From NCBI GenBank assembly GCA_039096225.1, contig JBBPEB010000014.1, positions 1,364,001 through 1,428,000 on the forward strand: DNA of 64,000 nucleotides, read 5' to 3'. This document shows positions 15,960 to 33,509 of the stretch, piece by piece. The DNA comes from Blastocystis sp. Blastoise. Its lineage: Eukaryota; Protista; Bigyra: Opalinata. Each line of letters opens with the position of its first letter. The first letter of the stretch is position 1. Made by a program: the position numbers and the translations under genes. The notes beneath the pieces were generated by a model. It searched no databases. It saw only the letters and a list, made by a program, of their open reading frames with translations, and was not told the origin of the DNA.

Positions 15960-16376
15960 ATATATACTATATATATAAAGCTATATATTCCTTTTTTTTT
16001 ATTCTTTATGTTATTATCCTATAATTATTTCAATCAAGTATACTTTGCTTTTATTCAATTATAATCATTATATATATATATATATTTTAAATAGAATTCT
16101 TTATAAACAATTTTTATATTCATTATATCAATATACATACTTTTCTAAATATTTCTCATATTCTATTATATAACTCTTTATTGATTACTATAACTGTATT
16201 ATTTTATTCTTTCTTTTTCATTATATTTTCTATTTCTATTTTTATTTTTAACAAACAACTATTATTAAGGTTATTTACAGATTTTTTTTTTTTGTATTCT
16301 CTATTCTAATCAATTCATCATTTTTTTTTGATAAGTATTCTATTCGTAAATAATCCCTTTAATTTTTATTTTTGTA

Positions 16377-16788
16377 TCACTAGTAGGCATTTTGTTTTTT
16401 AGTAAAAAAATCTATCTATTGGGTAACCAAAACCTTATCTAAAAAATGGGCTATTTTCTTATCTAACGACAAAAAATCTTCTCTAACCATATGCCAGGAA
16501 GTTATCTAACACGTTTGACCCAGCTGGCATCTTTTTTTTTAAGAGCAGTTTTTAGTGTTTTTCTTTTCTAACACAAGGCAAATATCTGTCTATTCACTAG
16601 TAGGCATTTTGTTTTTAGTAAAAAAATCTATCTATTGGGTAACAAAACCTTATCTAAAAAATGAGCCATTTTCTTCTCTAACCATATACCAGGAAGTTAG
16701 TTAACACGTCCGACACAGCTGGCATCTTTTTTTTTAAGAGTAGTTTTTGGTGTTTTTCTTTTCTAACACAAGGCAAATATATGTCTAT
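16377..16788. repeat. Two-copy tandem duplication (~217 bp + ~195 bp)
   Basis: TCACTAGTAGGCATTTTG... starts at 16377 and 16594; copies are near-identical apart from a ~20-bp indel and mostly transitions. Confidence 0.92.
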
Positions 16789-16979
16789 TTGTATTTTATC
16801 TGCTCTAAAGGTATCTATATTTTTCTCTAATACACATTTTAAACACATTATCATGTATTTTTAAGATAGAATTTGGGTGCTATTTGTTGGATAAAACCTG
16901 TCTTATTTATTTATTTAATCGTTGTGTGAATGATAATTAAAATTATATTAACAAAAGACAATAAATAATAATAAAATAA

Positions 16980-17521
16980 TTATAACAATAATAAAGATAA
17001 GAAAATAATAGTTATTTTGATTTGTTTTGAGTAATTTGATAACATTTTGATGACTATACATATAAAAATAATAGAAATAATAATAATATAGATAATAAAT
17101 AAATATATACCTTGTAATAAAACTTCTAAAGCGACTCCATGAAGAAAAACCACAACTATAAAAATAGATGTAAACAAATATATATAATATAATAATATAC
17201 CTTCAACCATCAAGAAATTGTTGACCAATCGGAACCACTGAGAAAACCTAGAACCTATATAAAAATAAAAAATAGTTAATTTCAAAAAATATTAATATAA
17301 TTAAATACCTTTAGAACCATGAAGTTGTCGACTAGGGAGACCTCCTACAACATCTGAACCTATAGAAGATAATATTAATAAAAAAACTACAACAATGGAA
17401 AAATATATACCTTTTATAGCACCGGATTTCGGATCACCTAAACCACACAACTCATGAGTTAACTTTAAAATATGAAGAGGAATCAGGACCTATTTGAAGC
17501 TATTTCGACGGACCCGTAAGC
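16980..17521 (-). other. Spliced micro-exon chain with no clear start codon (gene relic, lncRNA or small protein)
   Basis: GC-richer blocks bounded by TAG| and AAG|GTAT; exons of 51, 54 and 45 nt stay in one frame; the most upstream exon has stops in all three frames. Confidence 0.4.
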
Positions 17522-18289
17522 CTATATGATATAAAATAAATAAATTATATAGTATACATTTTAAAAACTATATAAAATAGTTGCGAATCAATTAAAAAAT
17601 AAAAATAAATATGTAATTTTTTGGAATTTATTGATAAAACATCAATGGCCCTAAAAATACAGAAAATCTTTTTTTTTCTATAATAAAAGTCTCTATAAAT
17701 TTCTTTATTTCCAGGGGTTATCAATTCTCTAAAATTCTCCTTTTTTTCTACTAAAACGTCTATTTGAATGCTAAATTGAGTTATAAATGTATTTTATATG
17801 TATTAAGCTAAATTACTTCATTACAACATGTTTCTAGACTTAAAAGAACAAAAAATTGTTATTTTTAACAGAATGTAATTTCAATTTAAAATATTTGTGA
17901 GCAATATATATATAATAGTATTTGATTCATAATATAAATGCCATAGAGAATAAAAATATATATTTGACATAGTTGTTTATAAAGTCATAATTCACATTTT
18001 ACGAACATTTTTATTATAATATATTTTATTTTAATGGATTGTTGATATTATAAGTGAATGAATTGAGAAGGTTTGTAAGTTGTTATCAACATAAAATAAT
18101 AAAATCTAATAAAAATATAAACAGGATTAATACGTATTCCATTTTACTATTATTCGAAAAGAATTCTTTACAATAATCTCATTCTATAATATTTACAAAA
18201 CAAAATGAATAATATATAATTAAATATAACATAATAGAAGACATATATAAAAGTTAATAGACAATAAAAATATATATATGTATATGACT

Positions 18290-23520
<5,231 letters not shown>

Positions 23521-23920
23521 TTGGATGTACATCGAAACTATAAATAAATATTTATATAAAACCTATTATCATTAATATATATAAGTGAATTATATTTATC
23601 AGAAACAGAGATAAAAAATATGTTATTATATAAATACCATTATATATATATATAATATAAATAATATACTTTTTATTCTTATAGTAATAAGTAAGTTGTT
23701 ATTTCGAATGTATATTGCAAGAATAAATGACGAAAAGAAATGATACATCAGGTAACAAAATAGCTTGAATCTATAGATTGATAATTAATATAATAATAAA
23801 CTAAAAGATAATTATAATAATAATATATATATTTACTTGAATATTCTATTATCTATAAATCTTCACATATTTATATCAATTGAAATAAGTTCAATAGCTA
23901 TTCTTACATATAATTCTAAT

Positions 23921-25030
23921 CATAAAACAAGTTGTATCTCATATTCTAAACATATATATATATATATCAATGAATAGATATAGATATAGAAACTAATATT
24001 CTTATAGTTTTTGTATATATACTAATAAACTAAAATATAATTATAATTAAACGTATAATAATAAAGATTATAATATATAATAATATATAAACATATATAT
24101 ACTTGATTGAGTTCCACATGTTCTAGAAGCAAAGAATATAGATATAGAATAGGTGATTCCAGGAATAAGACCTAATTTATCTGCATAATTCGTTATATTA
24201 ATATGAGAACCAACTGGAGTATTATAACTATATATATAATAATAATATATAAAATATAATATATACCCTCCATAATCTAAGAATAAATGTTTATTAATAA
24301 AAACCCATAATCCATTATTCGTTTCAAAATCTATAAATTGATCTGTTCTATTCTCATATCTATATATATAATAATAATATTATATAAATATAAAATAATA
24401 ATATACAAGAAGAATAGATTTATTTTCATAGTAAATTAATATTTCTTACCAATATATTCTTCTATTGAACTTAATGCATATCCTCCTTTTACATCTGTTA
24501 AAGGAAAATATGTAGGACTAGAAGATATAAAAAATTATAGAATATATATATATATATAAATATATATATATATAAATATACGAGAAATAGCAACAAAAGC
24601 CCGAATATTATTATCACCATAATCGTTCACTTTATCACATACTGTTTCTACTCTATCTTCTTTTGAATATAAATTTGAATATATATATCTATATAAAAAA
24701 ATATAATAATAATAAATATAAAATATATACTTTGGATAATTTGAAGGTTGTTTCGTAATAAAATTATCTGTATAATGAATAATACAATCACGAATAGCAA
24801 ATCCTTTCTCATCTATATATATATAATACATAAATGTTATATATAATTAAACAAATAAATAAATTCTTATATTAATAATATAATTAAATAGATAAAAATA
24901 AATAATTAAATACATATAAATAAACATATATATATACAAACTATTTTACAACTGATATCGTATTTGGTATTTGAAAATATCAGAGAAACCACAAGATTCA
25001 AGAATGGAGTAAGAAATAACTTTTCTATAT
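23921..25030 (-). pseudogene. Fibro-slime/PA14 (Psi-factor-like) domain gene with an in-frame TAA
   Basis: Spliced translation YFPLTDVKGGY...KY*FTMKINLFFLYENRTDQFIDFETNNGLWVFINKHLFLDYGGYNTPVGSHINITNYADKLGLIPGITYSISIFFASRTCGTQS matches the fibro-slime pattern; stop at 24436-24438. Confidence 0.6.
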
Positions 25031-25752
25031 AATATATAAATTGTAAATATATATAAAATATGAATAGGGTAAATAAAAATCAAATGAATAATTTCGATAG
25101 GAAAAGAGAAAAAAGAGAAATGTGCCAATACAATATAAAATTAAATAGATATATTTATATACGTTCTATATTGTCTTGACTTGTTATTTAGAAGAAGTAC
25201 TGACGAGAATAACCAAGAAATCTAAGAGAATTAAAAAAGAAATGTAATAAAATACCTTATAATAAATAAAACAACGCGTCCATGTTATGTACCTTTCTAA
25301 AACTAGTCAAGGAGAATGTCTGAAAGGAAGAGGATATCCAGAATGGAAAACCTATAAGAATGATGTAAAACACTATGATAAATTTTATAAATAAATACTA
25401 ACACATCATGAACACTGCTTAGAAACATCTATAATCACTGTAATCAGTTCTAATTTGTTCATATAAACAACAAATTTAAAAATATATATATGAATTCATA
25501 ATTCATTTCTAATTTTTCAAATTTTATCCTTTCTTAAAAAACCAGAAGTCTGTCTAAATTTTAAAAGTACAATCAGTGCCAAAACCTGACAACCTCGGTT
25601 TTTTTTTTAAACTGGCGAGTTTTTCTTTGTTTTTTTTTTATTAAGTCATTTGTCATCAAAGGTTGTATTGACTATTAAAACAGGGAAACAAAACAAATAA
25701 GCGTCATGGAAAAAAATTTAAAAAACCATTTTTTTGAATTGAAACACAAATA

Positions 25753-26766
25753 TTAATATCTTGTAAATCCACCATTATTGGCTATTACTGCCTCAATTCT
25801 TTTCGGCATTGATAAAACAAGCCTTTCACATACATTTACAGGTATTGACCTCCATATCTTGTCAACTTCGACCTTTAGTTGACTCAAAGTATATCCGCAA
25901 TGGGAATTTCTTTGTAATCTTCTTTTAATATAGACCCAAAGATGTTCAATGGGATTAAGGTCTGGGGACTGTGGAGGCCAATCAATCACTGTAAGTTGAG
26001 CAGTTTTAAAGAAACTATTCATCTTTTTTGACTTGTGAATAGGAGCATTATCCTGTTGGAATACCATAGTTTTGGGGTCAATTTGCAATTTTTCCACGGT
26101 TGACGGAAGAGTTCGACCAAGAGTTTCTCCATACTTTAATGATGTCACATGACCATCAAGGACCTCCATTTGACCAGCACCATGTTGCGTCATACATCCC
26201 CAAATCATAATCGATTTTCCATCGTTTTTCATGGTTGGAATGATTTCTGACGGCTTATTTGGAGAACCAGGTTTCTTCCAATAGTATTCTTGAAAGGTTG
26301 ATTGATGTGTTCTAATAGAACACTCGTCAGACCAGAGGACGTTTTCCCAGAAACTTATTGGCATATTTCGGTATTTTAAACACCAATCCAATCGGACTTT
26401 TCTATTTTTCTCCGATATGAGTGGTTTATGAAGCTTCTTTTTGGCGACGTAACCAACAGCATGGAGTCCTCTAATAAAGGACCTTTTTGAGACATGAGTA
26501 CCGGTTTTCTTTTGGAAGATATCCAATAAAACGCTAGAGTTCTCAGAGCTTTTTGGGACAATATTATTGATTTCTCGTAAATTAGAAGGAGTTAAAACTT
26601 GTGGTCTTCCACCTTTCTTAGTTGACTTGGACATATTGTATTGGGACCTTCTACGGGCAACAGTTCTAAGCGAACAATGAAAATGAATGGCAATCTGTTC
26701 ATCCGTGTACCCGTCTCTTATCATCTTTCTAAACTCTCTTTCAGTTATAACGACGTATTTACCCAT
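25753..26766 (-). CDS. Tc1 transposase (337 aa from MGKYVV)
   Basis: N-terminal HTH, GGRPQ, WSDE, FQQDNAPIH, WPPQSPDLNPIEHLW; 34 residues between second D and E; intronless and uninterrupted. Confidence 0.96.
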   Translation of the reverse strand: MGKYVVITEREFRKMIRDGYTDEQIAIHFHCSLRTVARRRSQYNMSKSTKKGGRPQVLTPSNLREINNIVPKSSENSSVLLDIFQKKTGTHVSKRSFIRGLHAVGYVAKKKLHKPLISEKNRKVRLDWCLKYRNMPISFWENVLWSDECSIRTHQSTFQEYYWKKPGSPNKPSEIIPTMKNDGKSIMIWGCMTQHGAGQMEVLDGHVTSLKYGETLGRTLPSTVEKLQIDPKTMVFQQDNAPIHKSKKMNSFFKTAQLTVIDWPPQSPDLNPIEHLWVYIKRRLQRNSHCGYTLSQLKVEVDKIWRSIPVNVCERLVLSMPKRIEAVIANNGGFTRY

Positions 26767-26870
26767 ACACAACTTATTTTTAAAGAATAAAACTATTTTT
26801 AAAGGGTTAAAAAAGGTCTCAGAGTAATTGTGTTCCAATTAAAATTTCTGTTTTTCCAAAACCACTAATT

Positions 26871-26898
26871 ATATATTCTAGAAATTTCTAGAATATAT
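26871..26898. promoter_or_regulatory. 28-bp palindrome containing a perfect four-unit heat-shock element
   Basis: ATATATTCTAGAAATTTCTAGAATATAT contains nTTCnnGAAnnTTCnnGAAn, ~105-130 bp upstream of the transposase ATG; function is inferred. Confidence 0.55.
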
Positions 26899-27677
26899 TC
26901 TACATGTTATTACAATTCAAACAAAAAAAACCGCGTCAAAAAATTCCCCGTAACTATTGAAAACGATAAGGGTTGTCAGGTTTTGGCACTGATTGTATAT
27001 CCATTGATTTTGATTGAATTTATCATTTATCCTAATGACGCCCTTTCGGATCACAATTTGTGTCAGTTCGACAGCCAATAAGATTCGGTAAATGAATCGA
27101 AAATACTGGTCACTAGAATCACTGGCTTAAATCAAAATCACAAATAGTTAATTTGAAGAATCTATTGGTTACAGGTTTGGGGAAACTTAGTTTTGAGGAA
27201 TGACCCACTCCAAGACACAAACATTAAAAAATGACAAAACAATTGTCAATTATGCGTCATTTTCAGATACTGGCTGTACTTTCATTTTTTTATTTGTGTT
27301 ATTCATCGCTATTATTACTTATAGAATACAAAGTGATGATGCTATTGTGTTTCTATAATATATATAAGGGACATTCAGTTTCGGAAATCTTATTTTGAAG
27401 ATTAATTATATTCCCATATTGTGTTTTCCTTTTAAAAAAAGATATAGTAGAATCATCTATGATATTTAAATGAGTGATTTATCTCTTTTATAGCTTTTCA
27501 AAGACAAATTAATGATATTTTGTGGATAATCAGAACTTTTTTATCCAATTCTTCAAAAAAAAACATTTTGAATCATAAATATATGTAGAATAAAGCTGAT
27601 TCTATTTTGTATAGAATTATAAACAAAATTAGAGTAGTTAAACAATAGAATTGTGAAAAAAAGTGAAAACTTCCAGT

Positions 27678-29499
27678 TTATAAAGTTAAAATAAGTTTGC
27701 CAATATGTTTATTTGATTCCATAATCTTATGGGCTTCACAAGCTTGTTCTAAAGGAAGCTATAAAAATAATGTTACGATGTATAAAAAAATATTATTAAA
27801 TAAAATATATATATATACTGTTTTATAAATAATAGGTTTGATTTGTCCATTTTCAATTAAAGGCCAAACATCTTTAAGCATATCTTGAGAGATTTGAGCT
27901 TTATTTTCAGGAGTTCTAGATCGAAGAGTAGATCCAGTTATAACAAGTCTCTTTAATAATATAGGATTCAATGATATATTAACCTATGTATAATATTTTA
28001 TTATTATATTTATTATTATATTTATTATTATTATTTGATTCATTTAAATAATTTTTATAAACAATAATAATATATATACTTTAGGTCCTTTTAAGAATCC
28101 AATCACAATCATACGTCCATCTAAACGAAGTAATTTAATGTTTTTATTCGCATAGTCACCACCAATATAATCTAAAATTACATCAATACCTTTTTATATA
28201 AAATAAAAATATGTTATAAAATAGAATATATTTTCTTTTAATGAAATATATAATTTAATATTCATTTCAATTAGTTCTATAATGAACATAACCATATTAT
28301 ATTATTCAAATATAGATATATAAAAATATACTTTTTATTGGTTTCAGCACGAATAACATCATAGAAATCTTCTTTCATATAATCTATAGCAACATCAGCA
28401 CCAATAGTTTTAACGAATTCTATTTGATCCTCACCAGAAACTGTTGTATATACTTTACAACCCATAGCATGAGCTAATTATATATATATATATAGTATAG
28501 TATAATATAATATACTTTATATATGACTTCAATTTTAAGAATATATATATATATTAAATAAAGATAAGATTTATATCATAAAGGAATATTTTAAATAATA
28601 GAATAAATAATTTCATAAATATAATTGAATAGAAGAAGTACCAATACCAGAGGTACCTCCATGAACTAAGAAAGATTCACCTTTCTTTAAATGACCAGTA
28701 GTACAAATATTACTGTAAACTATATATAATGCAAATAAAATTATTATTATTATCTGAAAGAATCATAAAATCATTTAATACCCAAAAAAATAATTACTAT
28801 AATTAAAAAAAAATATCATATAATCAATCAAATAATAATAATATTATTATCTGAAATAATCATATATATAATTAATTAAACAATAACTATAATTATTCTT
28901 AAAAAAACATTATCATAAAAACATATACCTGTAAAAAAAGATTCACAAATACCAGCAGCATGAATCATATCCATTCCTTTAGGTACAGGTAAGGTTTGTC
29001 TTTCTGAACATAAAACACATTATTTATTTTAATTAAAAAAAAAAATCATCAATTATTTTATCAAATATATATATATGTTTGTCTTTCAGGATTTGTAGCA
29101 TATTCAGCATAACCACCTCCATTTAAAATACCACATACTTTATCACCAATCTTATACATAGAGACTTGATCACCACAAGCAACAACTTCACCTGCAACTT
29201 CTAATCCAGGAATATCACTTGCACCTTGAGGAGGAGGATACATACCAATACGTTGCATAACATCAGGACGATTAATACCAGCAGCAGCTACTTTTATTAA
29301 CACTTCATGAGGTTTAGGAGTAGGAACAGGTCTCTCAGCTAACTTGAGCACTTCAGGACCGCCAACTTTGGTGATTTCTACAGCTCTCATACTCTTAGGA
29401 AGAGAAGAAAAAGATCGAAGAAACAAAGGATCTATACATATGAGCACTTTCTAGAAGAAGACATATACTAAATGACTTTAAACAACGAGCACTGAACAT
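27678..29499 (-). CDS. NADPH:quinone oxidoreductase, PIG3/zeta-crystallin family, with mitochondrial-type presequence; 8 exons
   Basis: MRAVEITKVGGPEVL, AAGINRPDVMQRIGMYPPPQGASDIPGLEVAG, VHGGTSGIG, ITGSTLRSR, HIGKLIL; N-terminus MFSARCLKSFNPLFLRSFSS; three junctions are non-canonical as assembled. Confidence 0.93.
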
Positions 29500-31390
29500 T
29501 AGACAACAAAAAATAAATTTATCCAAATTATCCAAATAAACATAAAAAACCTTCGCTTTTGTTGGCAAAATTGAATTATTCTCATTTTCCCCGTTTTTCT
29601 TCATGTACAACTCAGTTTCACCTTTTTCCCCTCAAGTCGTATAATCATGGGAATGACGACAAATGATCGATTTCTTTCTTTTATCCTGGAATTCTCCTAA
29701 TAAAGTATCTGAAACAACGTTTCTCTTTTCCGAAACAGTATTCGTCTCTCTGACACATCATCTATCCAGATTCTCCAATTGTCAGCGTATCAAGGTGTCA
29801 TTTTTTTTAAAGATCCGAATCTCAATCATATGATCACAAATAGAAGATTCAATGTCTTCTCCACTTTTCAAACAAGTCTCTATTTCAATAAAACCAATTT
29901 ATAGAATTATTTTAAACATTTCTAAATAATAAACATTAAAACTTTATTATATTAAGTAAACATTCTCAACAAATCGAAAGCCAATTTGCTTTATAGATGT
30001 AATCGCTATCGTATTGTTTTATTATTTAGTTAATAATATTTAAAATTCAACGAGTGTATTTATTCTATATTAAAATAATCGACGAATAAATAAGAATATT
30101 TTTGCTTTAAATCTGAAAATTAAGCTCCAGATATACTGTTATAATGCCTATAGACTCATCAACAATTGTTTTTAAAATGTAATAATGGTAATTAAACGAT
30201 AATTGAAAACTTTTAATCAGTTAATTGATTTCTTTAGATTTGATCATTCAATTCAAATTTTAGCAATGATTATTATTGATTCACACTATATTCACAAAAA
30301 CTTGAATATAAAAAAATGATTGAAAGTGTTTTCATATAGAATCCTCAAACCACTAATTTAGAAAGACCCATATTTTATTCAACTCATTATTTGAATATCA
30401 AGTATGGAATATAAAAACATTTTACTCATTTTCTTTAATTATCGAATTGTGTAATAAAAATCAATATTTACTATTAGGAATACCTCAGTTTATTTGAATC
30501 TTTTAATAAATATTAATTACATTTAAATAGATCAAAAAAAAATAGAATTGAAAAAAAAGAAAATAAAAATCAACTCAATGGAGCATCATCTATACTATTT
30601 TTTTCTATTTACAAGTATCAAATTATGCATTTGATATATTTAAAAATGCAATAAATAATAAATTAAAGAAAAAAAAGTAAAAATTCATCTCCCATTTACT
30701 TCCTTAATCATCATAATTAATGTTAAAAATAATTTTATATAAAAATAAGATTAAGTTAGTTATGTTTCGCTTCGTTCTGCAAACAATTACAGTTTTTGAA
30801 TATATTTAAATAAGTAAAAATATCAGAATTCCATTATCTACATTGGTGGGTAAATATTTTCGATCATTTATTCTTAGTTATCACTATTCTTGATTTCGAT
30901 AGTTCTTAATCCAACTGAATATTCACACAAAATACATTTGTTTTCAAGTTGCTTCATTCAATTGCCTGTTTTTCTATTAACAAAGATACATTGATATAAA
31001 AAACGATATATAATCAGTAAATAATTTCACGATCACTTATTCAAATAGATTTTTATTGCTTCCAGTTACTAGTTACTCGTGTATTCTGTTCTGAGAATAT
31101 ATTATCGTAATAAAAGAATCGACTATGGATAGAATAGCAATCGAAGAATAATAAAAAAGTGCTGAATCTTCTAATTAAGGGAATTAATAATGTTCTTACT
31201 GTTTTTTTAATTTTTTTCAATTTTCATAGCTATTCTTTCGAACATCTTAAAGGTATTGGAACAATAGATTACGTCATAGTTAAAAATGGGTAGAATCATT
31301 CATTTCGAATTACAATTAGAAATCATTTGTTTTTAATATTGATTCTTTCATTGAATTATCAATATATTGTTTTAACATAGACATAAACTT

Positions 31391-32837
31391 ATGGAGAGTA
31401 CTCTTAGAAATAGAAAGCCAGCTTACGAGCCTGTTAAGTTTTTAGATGAAGACGATTTACACTCTTTAGATATTTATGAGTATCATTCTGGTATGTACAC
31501 ACCTCTTGATAATTTTTTAAGTCCTATTTATGGTAAAATGGCTAACTTATTACCTAATTGGTTAGCTCCTAATGCTGTAACACTTGTTGGATTAGTAGCT
31601 AGTATTATATCATGTGCTTTAGTTATTTACTTTGATCCTTACTTAAATGGTGCTGCTCCTCGATGGGTATATCTTTATGCTGCTTTTGCCAATACTTTTT
31701 ATCAAGTATTCGATTGTCTTGATGGTAAACAAGCTAGAAGACTTCATGCTTCTTCTCCTTTAGGTCAGATTTTTGATCATGGTTGTGACTCGTTCAACCT
31801 TAATTGTATTCTTCTTGTTATTCTTTCTACTGCTGGATCTGGTATTAACGTCATTTCTGGATTATGTTTCCTTGTTTGTCATTTTTCATTTGCTACTGCT
31901 CAATTAGTTGAATATTATTCTGGTGTTTTATTATGTGGTAGTCAATATTTTGGTGTTACTGAAGCTTTATTCATTACTACTTTTGTTTATCTCTTTGTTG
32001 GTATTTATGGAAGTGATTTCCTTAAACTCCCTCTTAGTTATTATATTCCTTCTCTTAAAATTGATTTCAGTCTTATTAATTGCATTATGGTTGTTATGAT
32101 TATTATTATCTCTCTTACTATGATTATAGCTACTATTCAATGTCTTATTCGAGGAACTACAGTTGAAGAAAAACTTCGTGGAAAGAAAAACCTTACTCGT
32201 TTCGATTTCATCTCCAGATTCTTACCTCTTATGTATGTTGTTTGAAATTTTATTATCATTTTTTTTTTTTATTTATTTATTTATTATATATTTATTATAT
32301 ATTTATTATATATTTATTATATATTTATTATATATTTATTTATTTATTATTATTTATTTATTATATATTTATTATATATTTATTATTATTAATATTATTT
32401 CTTCTATACATAGTGTAATGACTGTTTGTTGTGTTTATATAATGACACAACCTATCTTTAGAGAATATCCTATTCCTTTCTTAAGTAAATATATATTCTA
32501 TATATAATTTATTATTTAATTAAAAAAAAAATACTTATAACTATTGACTTTTTTTCTAGCTTTATGTGGTTTATCATTTTCATTCTTCTCTACTCGTTCC
32601 AATATCTCTCATTTATGTCGTAGACCTTTAACTTGGAGATTCAATGGAGCCTTACCTATCATTATCTATACTATCTTTGACCTTCTTGGATATAAATCTG
32701 CTACTGTCATGTGGATCTGTCTTGTTTTCATCGTCTTATTATATGGATACTTTGTCATTAGTGCCGTTGATCAAATTAAAACCCATCTAGGTATCAGAGC
32801 TCTTCATCTTACCAATAAATCAGAAAAGAATAACTAA
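31391..32837 (+). CDS. CEPT1: Choline/ethanolamine phosphotransferase (CDP-alcohol phosphatidyltransferase); 3 exons
   Basis: DGKQARRLHASSPLGQIFDHGCD catalytic motif; LPNWLAPNAVTLVG; multiple TM segments. Confidence 0.93.
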
Positions 32838-33329
32838 ATACATACCTTTTGTTTTTAAATATAGTGAGAATTCATTTTTTTTTTAACCTCTTTTCATTTA
32901 GGCTTATGTGATTTATCTTCCTCTCTTTTTGTTATTTATATGCTCAGATATTTATGTATTTTTCCTTTATATGTTCTATATCTTACGTACTTTTTCAACC
33001 AATCTTTGCTTTATTTTAATTTTTGTTGTTGTATTCACTTTATAACAAACTAATTCTAATAAGCAGTAATAATATTCATTTGTTTTCTTGAAAAATAACT
33101 TAGATATCCACTTTTTATTTAAAAAAAGAAACGGTCTATTTCTTATAAATTATTGCTAAATTCATATTGAATAAGTCTTCCCTAACGATGGAATCGCGGT
33201 TCTCCATTATTTTTTGCAGAAAAATAAAGGACCCATAATTTTATAGGGACATTTCTCCATTTATCCTGTTTTTATAAACTATTTGTGTTAAGTTAATAAT
33301 TTACATATATTCATCTATAATTCTTCAAT

Positions 33330-33509
33330 ATGGTAAGATAATTATAATATTTAGTCTATTTTTTATAGAAACTTTATCAATTTGCTGTCAGTCTTTTTGT
33401 AACTTATGAAGCTTGTAAAAGTGTCGATTGGATGCTTAAGAAGAAGTCTCTTCATAATGCTAACGTTATCTTAAAGGATCTCAAAGCTAATCCTCAAAAG
33501 TATCAGTAA
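33330..33509 (+). CDS. 47-aa microprotein (ATG exon, 36-nt intron, exon 2)
   Basis: ATG|GTAAG...TTTTATAG|AAA; translation MKLYQFAVSLFVTYEACKSVDWMLKKKSLHNANVILKDLKANPQKYQ*; GC3-enriched codons compared with flanks. Confidence 0.7.

Larger units (their letters stand above)
25570..26995 (-). mobile_element. Complete Tc1-family (DD34E) DNA transposon, 1426 bp
   Basis: Perfect 25-bp TIRs CAATCAGTGCCAAAACCTGACAACC (25570-25594 / 26971-26995) flanked by TA on both sides; higher GC than host DNA. Confidence 0.97.

Noticed and set aside
28994-29076. U12-type AT-AC intron
   Set aside because: An AT...AC reading is possible by sliding within the direct repeat, but there is no ATATCCTT donor or TCCTTAAC branch site; exon-templated overwriting explains all affected junctions.
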